This document shows, one piece after another, positions 1 through 11,549 of a stretch of 51,038 nt of DNA (positions within the stretch are counted from its first letter, which is position 1; every line of letters begins with the position of its first letter). The position numbers and the translations under genes were made by a program. The stretch lies in assembly GCA_000388065.2 (NCBI GenBank), contig KB932202.1; one strand, 5' to 3'. The notes under the pieces are model-generated. The model saw only the letters and a list, made by a program, of their open reading frames with translations. It ran no database searches and was not told the origin of the DNA. The stretch is from Fonticula alba ATCC 38817. Its lineage: Eukaryota; Protista; Nucleariida.

Positions 1-106
1 GCGGGGAGCCACAGCCGGGAGAGAGGGGCGGAGAAGGGGGGGGGGGAAGGGACAAGAAAAAGGACACCCGCCCCTGGCCCACGTGTGCATGCCATCCCGG
101 ACGTAC

Positions 107-3046
107 CCAGCGAGGGAACCAGCAGGATGAAGGATTTGAGCGACAGCATTCGCCAGACGGCCTGCGCCGACTGGAGGAGAATATTGGTGTCGGCTACGAC
201 AAGTGTTCGGCCGTGAAGATTAAGCCGTGCATTGGCCGGAATCGATGGGGCGGCCGATGACTGGGCGAGGGAGTGGTGTGCGGCAGGTGGTGACATTTGG
301 CCGCCAGGGGTGGACGGGCAGGCGGATGCTCCTGCATCGGTGGGATTGCTGCACAATGCCTGGAGAATCTGCCGGTTTTCCAGGACCACCGCAGAGGCAG
401 CCTTTGGCGGGCGCGCCGGCGGACCAGTGGGCAGGGTGATCTTCGTTGTGGCCTCGGCCAGGGGACCGGCCTCGGGCCCGGAGCACACCTGCGGCAGGCG
501 ATCCGCCACCAGCTGCGATGCCTGGGCCAGGCGCTCGCGGAGCTCAGCCAACAGCGACACCTGGCACGCGGCCAGCAGGCCCAGGTCGGTGGCCTGACTG
601 GGAGCAATGGCCGTCATGCTGGCAGTCACTTCGACCGTTCGGCCGCCCGGGTCCCCTCCGCAGCCAAGCGGCGCAGCCAAGTGCAGCGGCACCATCGACG
701 ACTGGAGGAAGGCCAGCGGGAAGCACCGCCACACGGCCGGCGGCGCTATCGGCCGGTCGGATGGCGCCTCCAGGGGCAGAGCCGCCGTCAGCCCATGAAG
801 AAGACTACCGGGCGGCGGGGCGGCCAGGCGATCCGGCGCCTGAGACCGAGGGAGTTCCTGCTGACGGAGACTCCCCAGGAAGGCCAGCCCCAGGCCGGCC
901 GCCAGGAAGGGGCTCACCATGGGGGGCTCCTCCGACTGCGCGAGCTTCGACACCCCCGGGCACAGGCCAAGCAGCAAGTCCTCCAGCGGCAGGGCATCAG
1001 CCGGCCGGCCCAGGTCCCGGACCGGCCGGCCGGCCAGCCGATAAAGCAGGTCATCCACCTGGCCGGCGGTGTCGGCCGCCGCACGAAGCAGTCGGCCCAG
1101 ACCTGGCCAGCAGGGAGGGCCACCCTCGGCGGCCAGGAGCTCGGCCCCGCGGTCACACGAGCCGGCGCAACACCGGGTCAGCAGCCGCGAGTATGGCCGA
1201 TCCGAGAGGGGCCCGGCCCCGAGGACCGCGCGGAAAATCGACCGCGCGAAGGGAGTCCACCGTGGGGGCGGGGCAATCCGGCCAGCCTCGGCCGACCGCA
1301 GCCACAGGCGAATGGCCGGCAGATTGAGGCTCAAAACGCTGGCCACCTGGGCCAACTCCACCACCAGGTCCACCGACCGGGCGAGCAGCTCCTCGGCCAG
1401 GCTCGAGGTGGCGACATTGCTGAAGGAGTTGAGCACCGCATCCAGAGAGGCCGAATAGGCCAGCAGCAGGTGGCCCAGATCGATGAAAGCCAGGCAGGAG
1501 GCCACGGTGGCCGCCAGGTGACCGGACATCAGGAAGGACAGAAGCCACGTGTGCTCTTCCGATCTACCGGGCGAGCAGCTCCTCGGCCAGGCTCGAGGTG
1601 GCGACATTGCTGAAGGAGTTGAGCACCGCATCCAGAGAGGCCGAATAGGCCAGCAGCAGGTGGCCCAGATCGATGAAAGCCAGGCAGGAGGCCACGGTGG
1701 CCGCCAGGTGACCGGACATCAGGAAGGACAGAAGCCAGGCCGGCCGAGGGCCGGACGGAGCCGCCAGAAGGAGGGCCACCCGGCGGGCCGGCTGCAGGTG
1801 CGCCGACTGTGCCTGCAGGCGTCGATTCATGACCCCGCGAATCTTGTCGAACGGCGAAAGTGTGGCCGAGGTTGACTGACTCCACACCCAGCGGGGCAGG
1901 AAGTCAATGGGCGTGGTGAGGGCAGATCGGAAGAGCGTCGTGCGAATCTTGTCGAACGGCGAAAGTGTGGCCGAGGTTGACTGACTCCACACCCAGCGGG
2001 GCAGGAAGTCAATGGGCGTGGTGAGGGCGGCTGCGCGGTCGTACGCGGCACTGGCGCGGCGGGCACACGGGCGGGAACAATGTCAGCGAGGGCCAGGAAC
2101 AGGGCATTTCATTGGCCGCAGCCATTGGCAACATCGGCCGCGGCAGCCGGGACACACGCACCCCTCGTCCAGCGGCAAAGCATGAGCAGCAATCTCCCCG
2201 AAAATGTAGGCGTCCAACGAGCAGGACGCCCCGCGAGCGGTTTGCGACTCACAAATGGCCAAAGTGCGACGGGCAAACTCCTGCAGGAGATTGGCAAAGA
2301 AGCGGGGGAGCTGCTCATCCCGGGTGGCCGCCTCATCCGGGGGAGGGGCCCTGCGCGAAGCGATCAAAATCATGAGGGCCACTTCGGAGAGCCCGACGAA
2401 ATCGCTGTTGACCGTCGGCTGCAGGAAGGACTTCCACATGCTGTCCTTCAGGCGGAAGATCGACCGCACCAGACGTGCGATAGGGACCGCTGCAGGAGGG
2501 CAAGGCGGGGGGGGGGGGGGGGAGGTGAGTAGGAGGGACCGGACGGCCGAGCGACAAGATGCCAGAGGTCGCCAAAGTAGGGAGCCCGCTCCCCCAGGAG
2601 GGACATACCGTTGTCGGGCGGTGCAGCGGCGAAGACCGCGGCCAACATGCTGGCTGACACGCGGAGAGATTGATGATGCTCGGCGTCCAAGAAGGGCCGG
2701 ACGGCCTTGGGCAGGGGGACAGCCGTCGGGTCTTTGAGCATGCTTGACACCGAGGCGAAAAGCGCTCGGATTTGCTGGTCTAAATGGAGTGTCAGGGCGC
2801 CAGGGGGAAGAGCACAACGGAAGAGGGGTCCAAGCTAGGCAGGGACCCATGGGGGACAGGGGGGGGGAGGGGGGCGGAGAAGGCCACGAACCGGCTTCGG
2901 ATTGCAGATGGAACAGGGATTGCATTACCCGGGGAAGGGGGCCATCGACCAGGCCGGGCCCTGTGCCGGCCAGCACCGCTGGCAGGACCATCGAAATGGT
3001 GGCCTGGATGACCGTGAGGAAAGTAAAGGGGAGGATCATGGTGCTG

Positions 3047-3083
<37 letters not shown>

Positions 3084-3900
3084 ATGTGAGTACGAAGGAT
3101 GGATGGGATGGAGAGGTCAGAGCGAACAGAGGGTGGGACACAGGTAGATAGCGTCGAGGGCGAGGACGCACTGAAGGAGGAGCTCGAAGAGTGCCCAGGG
3201 GAAGCCCAGCTCGATGGCACCGCCGCCGGTTGCCAAGACAATAACTTCACGGAAGGTCTGGTTATAGGCAGGGAGGTGCCCAGACAGCTGAGCCAAGGCA
3301 GCGACCCACTTCTTGGCCTGCGCACGACTGGCCACCGAGGCGTCGGCTTCATGGAGAGCCTGCTGAATGGGCTTCTGGACCAGGTCCAGCAACAGGGCGT
3401 CAAGCTGGAGAGACCGGATGTCGGCCACCTCGAAGGAGGCCGCCAGCATGGGCTTGAGCAGATTGATCAGAGCGCTAGAGGCAGGGCAAGGGAGGGCCAA
3501 CAAAAACAGGGGAAGCACAAGCGCAAGACCGAGGGGGAGGGGGGGGGGAGTTGATGAGGGTCAGAAAAGAGGGGCAAAGGCCGGAGAGATGGAGCAAGAC
3601 AGAAGAAGAGGGGGGCGGGATGGAGAAATTGCCCGGGGGCCAGGAGTCAGCAGGTGAAGAAGGCGCCCAACCAGGGCGAAAGCCGTGACAACATACGCCA
3701 GCTGCTTCTCGACCTCATCGAAGGTGGGCAGATCCCGCCCGGCCAGGGGAAGCACCTCCTCACGGAGGACCTTCCTCACGAAGAGGGGAATGGCCAGTAC
3801 GGCGGAGGGATGGATGGCAGATGGCGCGCTCGGCCGATCGGCCCGGAAGTAGGGCAGCACCCCAACGCGGAGGGCGCCCCGGGACGGACCGCCCCGGCGG
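107..3900 (-). CDS. Large alpha-helical protein with a C-terminal PIN domain (SMG5/SMG6/Esl1-2-like candidate). Partial: continues past the left window edge, and the start codon is unresolved.
   Basis: Exons join in phase via GT-AG: 3697->=3880, 3172-3474, 2892-3043, 2609-2779, 2162-2489, 107-2050 (after removing two adapter-linked duplications). The last visible exon ends ...LNLHGRTLVVADTNILLQSAQAVWRMLSLKSFILLVPSL, followed by a GTACGT donor at 106. This resembles the PIN start of SMG6 (LVPDTN...RLLESRKYILVVP). No clear EST1/TPR motif was recognised upstream. Confidence 0.62.
1547..1565 (-). other. Illumina TruSeq adapter remnant (assembly artefact) joining a false 172-bp duplication
   Basis: ACGTGTGCTCTTCCGATCT is the reverse complement of AGATCGGAAGAGCACACGT. 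It sits between identical copies at 1376-1547 and 1566-1737. Confidence 0.95.
1924..1942 (+). other. Illumina TruSeq adapter remnant (assembly artefact) joining a false 87-bp duplication
   Basis: AGATCGGAAGAGCGTCGTG sits between identical copies at 1837-1923 and 1942-2028. Confidence 0.95.
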
Positions 3901-4977
3901 GCGGCCTCGCCCCCATGAGGGGAGGAGGGGTGCGGCCGGACCGGCGACCGGGACCGGGGGCGATCCGATCGGCCAGCGCGACCCCCAGTCGGAGGGAGGA
4001 CCGGCGTGTCGGGGACGATGGTCTCCGGGGGGTCGCGTACGCGCGTGCGATCGGGCGCCCGGTTTGATGGAACCGGTCCCGGGGGCCGGGATTCGGAGGG
4101 AGTGCCGCGAAGGGGGGGCCGGGAGGGCGTCAGGGGGGTGCCGGTGAGCCGGGCAGACCGGCCAGGGGAGGGAGGAGGAGAAGACAGGGGGACGATGGCC
4201 TCGCGGAGGGACCACACGACGGGAGGGGGGGGGGAGAGAGGGAGAGAGAGAGAGAGAGAGAGAAAGAGGGAAGCCGAGGGAAGCCGAGGGAGGGAGGCGG
4301 GCGGGAAAGGGGGGGGGGGGAGGGAGCGGAGGAGAGGGGGACAAGGATAGGCGTTGGCCATCTGCCCGGGACCCAGGCGGGCCACGCGCCATCCCCTGTC
4401 TTCGGTGTGGCCCTCTGCCCCGGGTCGCCTCCCCTCTCTCGCTCTCCTGCGGCCGGCCCTCCCCCGAACAGGAAAGGCGCCGATCGCGGCAACGCAAGAT
4501 CCACGTGATCCGGCGGTCCTGTGCCCGCCCCCGCTCTTCGTGCCCGGGGGCCGCGCGCACACCCACTCGCAACCCGGGCGCCAGCCGATGGGCCGGCTGT
4601 CTGTCGTCGGTGCGTATGGCCTTCGCGTCCTCTCTGGTCGTGCCTCGAAAATGCTGGACCCCAGAACGCGGGGGGGGGGGTCGTGATCGGGGCGATCTGA
4701 CAAGAAAAAAAAGAAGGACCGTCTAAGGGGAGAGGCCCCCCCCCCCCCCCCCCCCCCCCCCCCGTAACACCGGGGCCATAACTAATTCACGCCGATCGCT
4801 TGACCCGTGGACCCCTTCTCTGTCCGCGCCTCCCTGGCCGGACTCTTTTTGCGATATGTCCGCCCGGGGCGCGCCTCCACGCGCCGGTGATGATACCAAG
4901 AGTATATTTTTGACCAAGGGCAAGTCATGCCGGATGGGGGGGGCAGGGCGGGTGCGAACACTCAGCGGGAGAACGCC

Positions 4978-5620
4978 TCAAAAGAGGAACACCTGGAAGA
5001 GATGCTGGTTGAAGAGGGCCATGATTTCGTCTGATGGAGAGGGCCACCAAAAGAAGAAAGGGCAAGCAGGGGGTCAGCTCTTGCGCAAGGGGCCTCCTCT
5101 GGCAGATGTGCATGTAGCAGAGTGCCGGGGGGAGGGGGGGGGGAGAGAGAGAGAGAGAGAGAAATGCAGAGGGAAGGAGCGCCCCACACCCGGCCACGGG
5201 GGAGGAGGGCGGAAAGGGATGACGCACCGTCGAACTCGGCAATGAAGCTGCTGCCGCTGTTCCGGCCGCTGGAGGAAGACCGGGAGCCGGCCTGCGGGTC
5301 GACCACCGGCGAGGGGGTCAGCATCTGCGGAGGGGCCACCAGGATGTTGCGCGTCCTCGAGCTATGGAGCATCAGCCAGTGGCCGGTGCCACGCGGGGAC
5401 TGTGTGTTGGCATAAATCCGCTGGGGCAGCTCGTCACTCCTGGGTGTTGCCACGGAACCCGCGCACAAGTGCCCGAGGGGTGTGTATGGGTGTGTGAGCA
5501 CAGAGACGCAGAGGCAAGGGGACAAGGCAAAAGCGCGGGAAACAAAGGCAATCGAAAGTGATCCAGATGGGGTTCCCCCTCGCCGTGTCCTCCCCCCCCC
5601 CCGACCCTGGTGCCCTTTGC

Positions 5621-5651
<31 letters not shown>

Positions 5652-8255
5652 ACCACCCCCCCCCCCCCAAAATGTCCCCCCCAAAGCCCCCCCGGGGCGG
5701 GGGGGACAACCCCCCCCCCCCCCCCCCCCCCCCTCACTCTCTGGCGCCTCTTCGCGGCTCAGGCTCCCGCTCCCGGTGGGGCCTGAGAGGCGGAACAAGC
5801 CANNNNNNNNNNCCCCCCCCCCCCCTCACTCTCTGGCGCCTCTTCGCGGCTCAGGCTCCCGGTGGGGCCTGAGAGGCGGAACAAGCCAAACGCACATGTG
5901 GATCTGGCCAAACATGTCGGCCATGATGTTGGCCGCGTCCGGGTGCAAGGGCAGGTTCCGAGTGAGGATATCCTGCGGCGGGGGCGGCATCGCGGCGCCA
6001 CCGTCGGCCGAGGCGTCCAGACCCGGGTAAGTGCATTTGACAGCGTAATTCTCGTCGCTGGTATAGATGTAATGGAGGTCCGAGGTGCTGGAAATCCCCC
6101 CAGGACAGAGGGAGGGGATAGTATATGTCGACAGCCTGCGTTAGTCACGATGGTGTGCGGCAGCCGGGGGAGGCAGTTGACCGGGGTCCGAGGCGCGGTT
6201 GCGCAACTAAGGCTACTTCTCGATGGGCCGGAACGGGGCCGGAGAAAAGCGAAGAAAGTCGCGCTCCACTGTCTGTCCCAGCTCGACACCGTTTCCCGGC
6301 GCCATCGCGACAGGCGGCTGCAGGCACGGCGAGGAGTATCCCTTCGCGTCCCTTCGCGTCCCTTCGCGTCCGTCCCCCCCCCCCCCACACACACAGTGGA
6401 GCATTGAGACTTCGCTCCCTCTTGGTTTCACCCTCACCGGCCAGCGATTCGCGCCGCCCGGCACGTCAGGAACGCACTTGGATGGCTTGGACGCGGCGGA
6501 TGCACTGCTGTCCGTGGCGCCGAATGTCTGCAGGCTGTACACGGCCTTGTGCAGGGAGTTCTCCATCTTCTGGCTCAGATCCAGCAGCAGCGAGGTGCCG
6601 GGCACCCGGTTTGGCAGCTCCGACACCGGGAACAGCAAGGCGAGCGATAGACGGGACATCTGTGGGCGGGTGTCAGCTGGCTGGCTGGCGGGCGTTGGGC
6701 TGTAGCTGGGATTTGCTGGTTTGTCCGCATGCCTGCGGACTCTTTGCCCGGCATCTCGGCAGACTCGGGGCCGATTATTGCGCCAAGCAGAGAGGCAGGG
6801 ACAGGGAGAAGGAAGGAAGGGGGGGGGGAGCGCAGTCCCATCCCTGGCGGGGAGAGCCCCCCCCCCCCCCCCATCGAAGGGCGCACCTTATACAAGACCA
6901 AGTGGTGGGGCGCCGAGTCGGGGCCGAGGTAGACGTAGTTCGGCTCGCCGCGGTTGCCTTCAATGAATGACCCGGGGATCCTGCGGTGCCGAGGGCAAGT
7001 GCATGGGCATCAAGCGAATGAGTGGTCAGGGCCGAGCGAAAAGGGAAAAGGCCAAACAATCACAGCCCGGGCCCAAGGCAAACGCACTGGCAGGGTGGCA
7101 AGTTTCCGGAAGGCAGGGCACATGGCTCGCAGGACGTTAGTTTGGCATCCCCCGAGGTGGCAGGCGCAGCGGGAGGGCGGGCCCCGCGAGAGGACGAAAT
7201 GGCAAGGGGCCCCCGCTGCCAGGGAGGGCAAGGGCCGCGCACCGGGGTCTTTTCGCGCGAGTTGACCGGCTGGGGCTTCTCCTGCGTCGACAGCCGGCGG
7301 TGAATGTATCCGAAGAGCAGGGCCGTGTCGCTGAATTCCAACGAGCTGCTGACCATGCAGTTGTCCCACATGACGACGGTTTGTGTTCCGCGAGGGAGGT
7401 GCATGTCTTGGAAGTCCAGCTCCGAGTCGAATGGGACCTCCAGCGACTCGGTGTCCATGAAGCTGGCGCGCACCGGCACGGTCAGGATGTCGGCCAGGAC
7501 ACAGTGGATTTGCACGAAGCGCGCGATGCGCATCGGCTGGTAGTCGATCCCGCCGGCCGGGAGGAGAGAGCGGATATCGCGATATAGCAGCCTGTGCAGG
7601 GCCACCGGATCGGCGAGGTGGTGCATCACGAAGGAGCTCAATCCGCGGTTCAGGGCTAGGCGAAGGTGCGCCACATCGTCCGGGATGCTTGGATTCCGGG
7701 TGCGAATGTGCCGGAGCGACCCGTGAAGAAACTGCAGTGGCGTCAGTCAGCCAGGAAGGCACAGATGGCGGGGAAGAGAGGGGGAAAGGCGAAGAGAGAG
7801 AAAGGCGAAGAGAGAGAAAGGCTAAGAGAGAGAAAGGCTAAGAGAGAGAGAAAGGCTAAGGGAGAGAGAAAGGCTAAGGGAGAGAAAGGCTAAGAGAGAG
7901 AGGGAGAGAGAGCCCCTCGGGGAGGGGGAAACCCCACAGCCACAGCAGGCACCTTGAACTGGGCATACAGCTGCCGGAGGATGGACTGCAGCAGGGTGTC
8001 ATTCACCTCGAGCTGGCGTCCGGTAATGTCATTTTCGATGATTTGGTCGTTGGCGTGGCGGGTCTCGTTGGAGTTTCCCTTGACCGGGGAGACGGCAGGC
8101 GGCGGGGAGGACCGAAGTCGGACCGACTGTCGGGCCCACATCCGGGCGTCGAGTGCAGAGGGGCTGGTCAGCGAGACGGGCAGTAAACGCAAGAAGAAGG
8201 AGCAAGAAAGATAGCATGAGGGGCGTAGCGAATGGATGGGGACTATATGTATGTA

Positions 8256-8286
<31 letters not shown>

Positions 8287-8833
8287 ATGCAGTGATGTTC
8301 GGGCACAGGCAGCCGCGCGCACCATGACAAACCAGATACCAGGCTCCGGCTCGAGCAGGACGACACGGCGCCGGTTGGTGTGGATCGCATGGCATGGCTC
8401 GGTGGTGGAGAAGTTTCTTTCGGAAGACGGTTGGACGGGCAGGAGGATTTGTCAGCTGGATGGGAGGCGTGCATGCGGAACACAGATCCAAGGCGCGAGG
8501 TGTCCATGCATCGAGGCGTGTGACCATGCGTGCATGCATATGCGCATGTGCGTGTGGGTTGAGGGGGAGAGGGAGGGAAGTGCAGTACCGGCAGAAGTTG
8601 ATGATCCCCTCATAAACACCGGCATCGCGAAGCTGGTCGTCCATCGGCGCGTTTGCGGGCCAATAATAGAGGATCTTTTCGTGCTGGTCGTCCTCATGTG
8701 GCCCGAGCGACGGGTCGAACACCAGCAGCGACAGGAGGCTGGGCATGTATGGATCCGCCGCCGCCGCCGCCGCCGCAGATGCCGCAGATGCGGCGGAAGC
8801 ATTCACCACGCTGCTGGCCCGGGAAAGGGACAT
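4978..8833 (-). CDS. CCZ1: CCZ1, subunit of the Mon1-Ccz1 Rab7/Ypt7 GEF (tri-longin); 11 exons, ~637 aa
   Basis: Exons 8589-8833, 8323-8416, 7953-8126, 7243-7731, 7088-7125, 6887-6980, 6438-6659, 6217-6317, 5896-6087, 5228-5439, 4978-5030 sum to 1914 nt. Motifs LLVFDPSLGPHEDDQHEKILYYWP...DAGVYEGIINFCR, HTNRRRVVLLEPEPGIWFVM, DTLLQSILRQLYAQFK, SSLEFSDTALLFGYI and the C-terminus EIMALFNQHLFQVFLF* match animal CCZ1 collinearly. Confidence 0.9.
5722..5888. repeat. Near-identical ~75-bp duplication on either side of a 10-N gap (intronic)
   Basis: (C)n-TCACTCTCTGGCGCC...GGAACAAGCCA occurs before 5803 and again after 5812. The copies differ by one GCTCCC unit. Confidence 0.85.
6341..6370. repeat. 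(CCTTCGCGTC)x3 tandem repeat in a CCZ1 intron
   Basis: Three exact 10-bp units, read directly. Confidence 0.9.
7791..7900. repeat. Purine-rich minisatellite (~15-17 bp unit, AAGAGAGAGAAAGGC[G/T]) in a CCZ1 intron
   Basis: About seven imperfect tandem units, read directly. Confidence 0.8.
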
Positions 8834-10579
8834 TTCGCCGGGGGGGGGGGGAAGAAAGAAAACCGAGACAGCGCCGGGGGAGGGGAGAAGGGAGAGGGGC
8901 GAGCCGAAGGCGAGGCAGAAGGACAGGAAGAGGGAGGAGGAGAGGCAGGGGCAAGGAGGCGCGAGGGGGGGGAGATCTCTGTCTGCGGGAGTGGCCGGGG
9001 TGGGCCAGTGGCCCGGGACGAAGAGCACGGCCGAAAAATGGCGCCCTGGCAACAAAAACAGCATCGTCACGCGATCGCGGTCACGCCGCACAACCGCCCC
9101 TGGGCGCCCGGGGAGCGCGCATTTTTGACGCCACTGTCGCATATATGCGTGGGGGGCATCGCGCGATAGGCAGGCGCCTTCAAAACATATGCTGCCAATC
9201 TACCGGGACCGATCTCGGGGACCCTGAGAACGGACCCGGGGGAGCAGGCGGGCAGAGAGGAGGAGGGGGGGGGGGGGAAGGAAGATGCCACCGGCACGAT
9301 CGTGCTGCCGCGTCCGGCCGCCCAGGCCTCCCAGTGATGGGGGCCGGAAGGATGCCTTGCTGACAGTTTCGTTCGCGGGCCGGCTCTTTCTCGCTCGGCC
9401 CTCGGGCTCCGGACCGGACTCGCTGCCGTGCTTATCGCCGGGGGAGGGGAGGGGAATGTGCCCCGATCCAGGGTGTTGACAGGCGGCGCACATCACCCAT
9501 CCGCTCTTTTCTTTTTTTCCCTTTTTTCGAGCCCCCCCCCCCCCCCCCCCCTTTNNNNNNNNNNNNNNNNNNNNNNNNNNNNNNNNNNNNNNNNNNNNNN
9601 NNNNNNNNNNNNNNNNNNNNNNNNNNNNNNNNNNNNNNNNNNNNNNNNNNNNNNNNNNNNNNNNNNNNNNNNNNNNNNNNNNNNNNNNNNNNNNNNNNNN
9701 NNNNNNNNNNNNNNNNNNNNNNNNNNNNNNNNNNNNNNNNNNNNNNNNNNNNNNNNNNNNNNNNNNNNNNNNNNNNNNNNNNNNNNNNNNNNNNNNNNNN
9801 NNNNNNNNNNNNNNNNNNNNNNNNNNNNNNNNNNNNNNNNNNNNNNNNNNNNNNNNNNNNNNNNNNNNNNNNNNNNNNNNNNNNNNNNNNNNNNNNNNNN
9901 NNNNNNNNNNNNNNNNNNNNNNNNNNNNNNNNNNNNNNNNNNNNNNNNNNNNNNNNNNNNNNNNNNNNNNNNNNNNNNNNNNNNNNNNNNNNNNNNNNNN
10001 NNNNNNNNNNNNNNNNNNNNNNNNNNNNNNNNNNNNNNNNNNNNNNNNNNNNNNNNNNNNNNNNNNNNNNNNNNNNNNNNNNNNNNNNNNNNNNNNNNNN
10101 NNNNNNNNNNNNNNNNNNNNNNNNNNNNNNNNNNNNNNNNNNNNNNNNNNNNNNNNNNNNNNNNNNNNNNNNNNNNNNNNNNNNNNNNNNNNNNNNNNNN
10201 NNNNNNNNNNNNNNNNNNNNNNNNNNNNNNNNNNNNNNNNNNNNNNNNNNNNNNNNNNNNNNNNNNNNNNNNNNNNNNNNNNNNNNNNNNNNNNNNNNNN
10301 NNNNNNNNNNNNNNNNNNNNNNNNNNNCGTCCCTTGCCTCATCGCTCGGCCGGCCTGCCGCTGGCGCTCTGCTACCCCACCTTTATTTTTTTTGCGGACG
10401 CGCGCACACCTGCCCGTGTGCCTATCCCCGTCCTTTCGGCTCCACACCCCCAACAGGCCGACTCCTGGAGGCCCACTCTTTCCCCTGAGGGCTGGCTGGG
10501 GCGGATCCCTTGCCCGGGCGCTGGGCGTGAGTGTTCGTCCCTGCCCGCCAGATCGCCTGTAGGCCCTTCGGCAGGCGTC

Positions 10580-11517
10580 ATGGTGCAGAACTTGCGTGAT
10601 CCCCCGGCCAACCGAGGCCGGGGTTTGGCTCCGAACAATTCGCCCGGCCGTGCGGATCATGGGCCTTTGCTCGGGGTGGCCCCGCCGGGCTCGCCATCCC
10701 TGAGCCTGGAAACGCCCGCCTTTCTCCCGGCCGAGGGCCAGCCGCCTGGCCCCGGCCGTGGGTCGCCCCGGCCGACCGGCGGGACGCCCACCCAGCCGGC
10801 CTCCGCCTCGGCATCCTGGAGTCGGCTTGACCAGCTCTCCGGGCCGGCGGCCGGCATGGCACCAGGCCCCGGACGAAAGATGCCCCTCGGTGCGGCCTCG
10901 ACCGAGCATGAGGGCCACCTCGCCTTCATCGGCCCGAGCGCCGGCCCCACTTCAAGCCAAGTCCCGCCGCAGTCGCCCATCCTGCAACGCCTTCAGGCCG
11001 GCAGCCCCGGGTTTTCGGGGCTCCCCTTGGGCCTGGCATCGGGCCATGCCGGGGACAAGCCCCGCACCGGGGGGGCATCCTACTCGCCGGGCACACACCA
11101 CCCAATGGGCTCCCCCGGCGGAGGGAGCCCCTTCGCCATGAGAACCCTCCCAAGCCCGCTGACCGGGCCCGGATCGCCGTACCACCGGGGCGCCGGCACT
11201 GTGCCGGCCAGCCCGCAGGACTCCAGCTTCCCGGGGCTGCTGCAGCCCAGTCCGGCCGGAGTCGGCCGACCGGACGCCGTGTCCACCATCGGCCTGGCCA
11301 CCGGGCCCGCCAGCCTCCTGGCCCCGGCGCACCACTCGCCATTGCGCACAAGCTTCGACATTTCCGACCCCCTGGGTGGCTTGGGCGCCGGCCGGACCGG
11401 CGCGCCGGGCGGCGGGGCAGACTTCCCCTCACCGCGCACATCCATCGACATCGGCGCCCACCGGCCAAGCATCGACCTGTCCTCGGTGCCATTGCTCCAT
11501 GGGCCCGCGGCCGGCCT

Positions 11518-11549
<32 letters not shown>

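Noticed and set aside
297-1613. Long plus-strand ORFs (438 aa, 293 aa) and similar antisense ORFs over most genes (e.g. 20720-21613, 29440-30132, 43970-45328)
   Set aside because: Shadow ORFs from GC3-rich codons on the opposite strand; Arg/Gly/Pro-rich with no family motifs.
1376-2028. Direct repeats as a biological tandem duplication or mobile-element footprint
   Set aside because: Both junctions are exact TruSeq adapter sequence.
5482-6030. Poly-Pro/poly-Gly ORFs (also 19017-19862) as formin- or WASP-like proteins
   Set aside because: They are translations of non-coding poly-C/G tracts.
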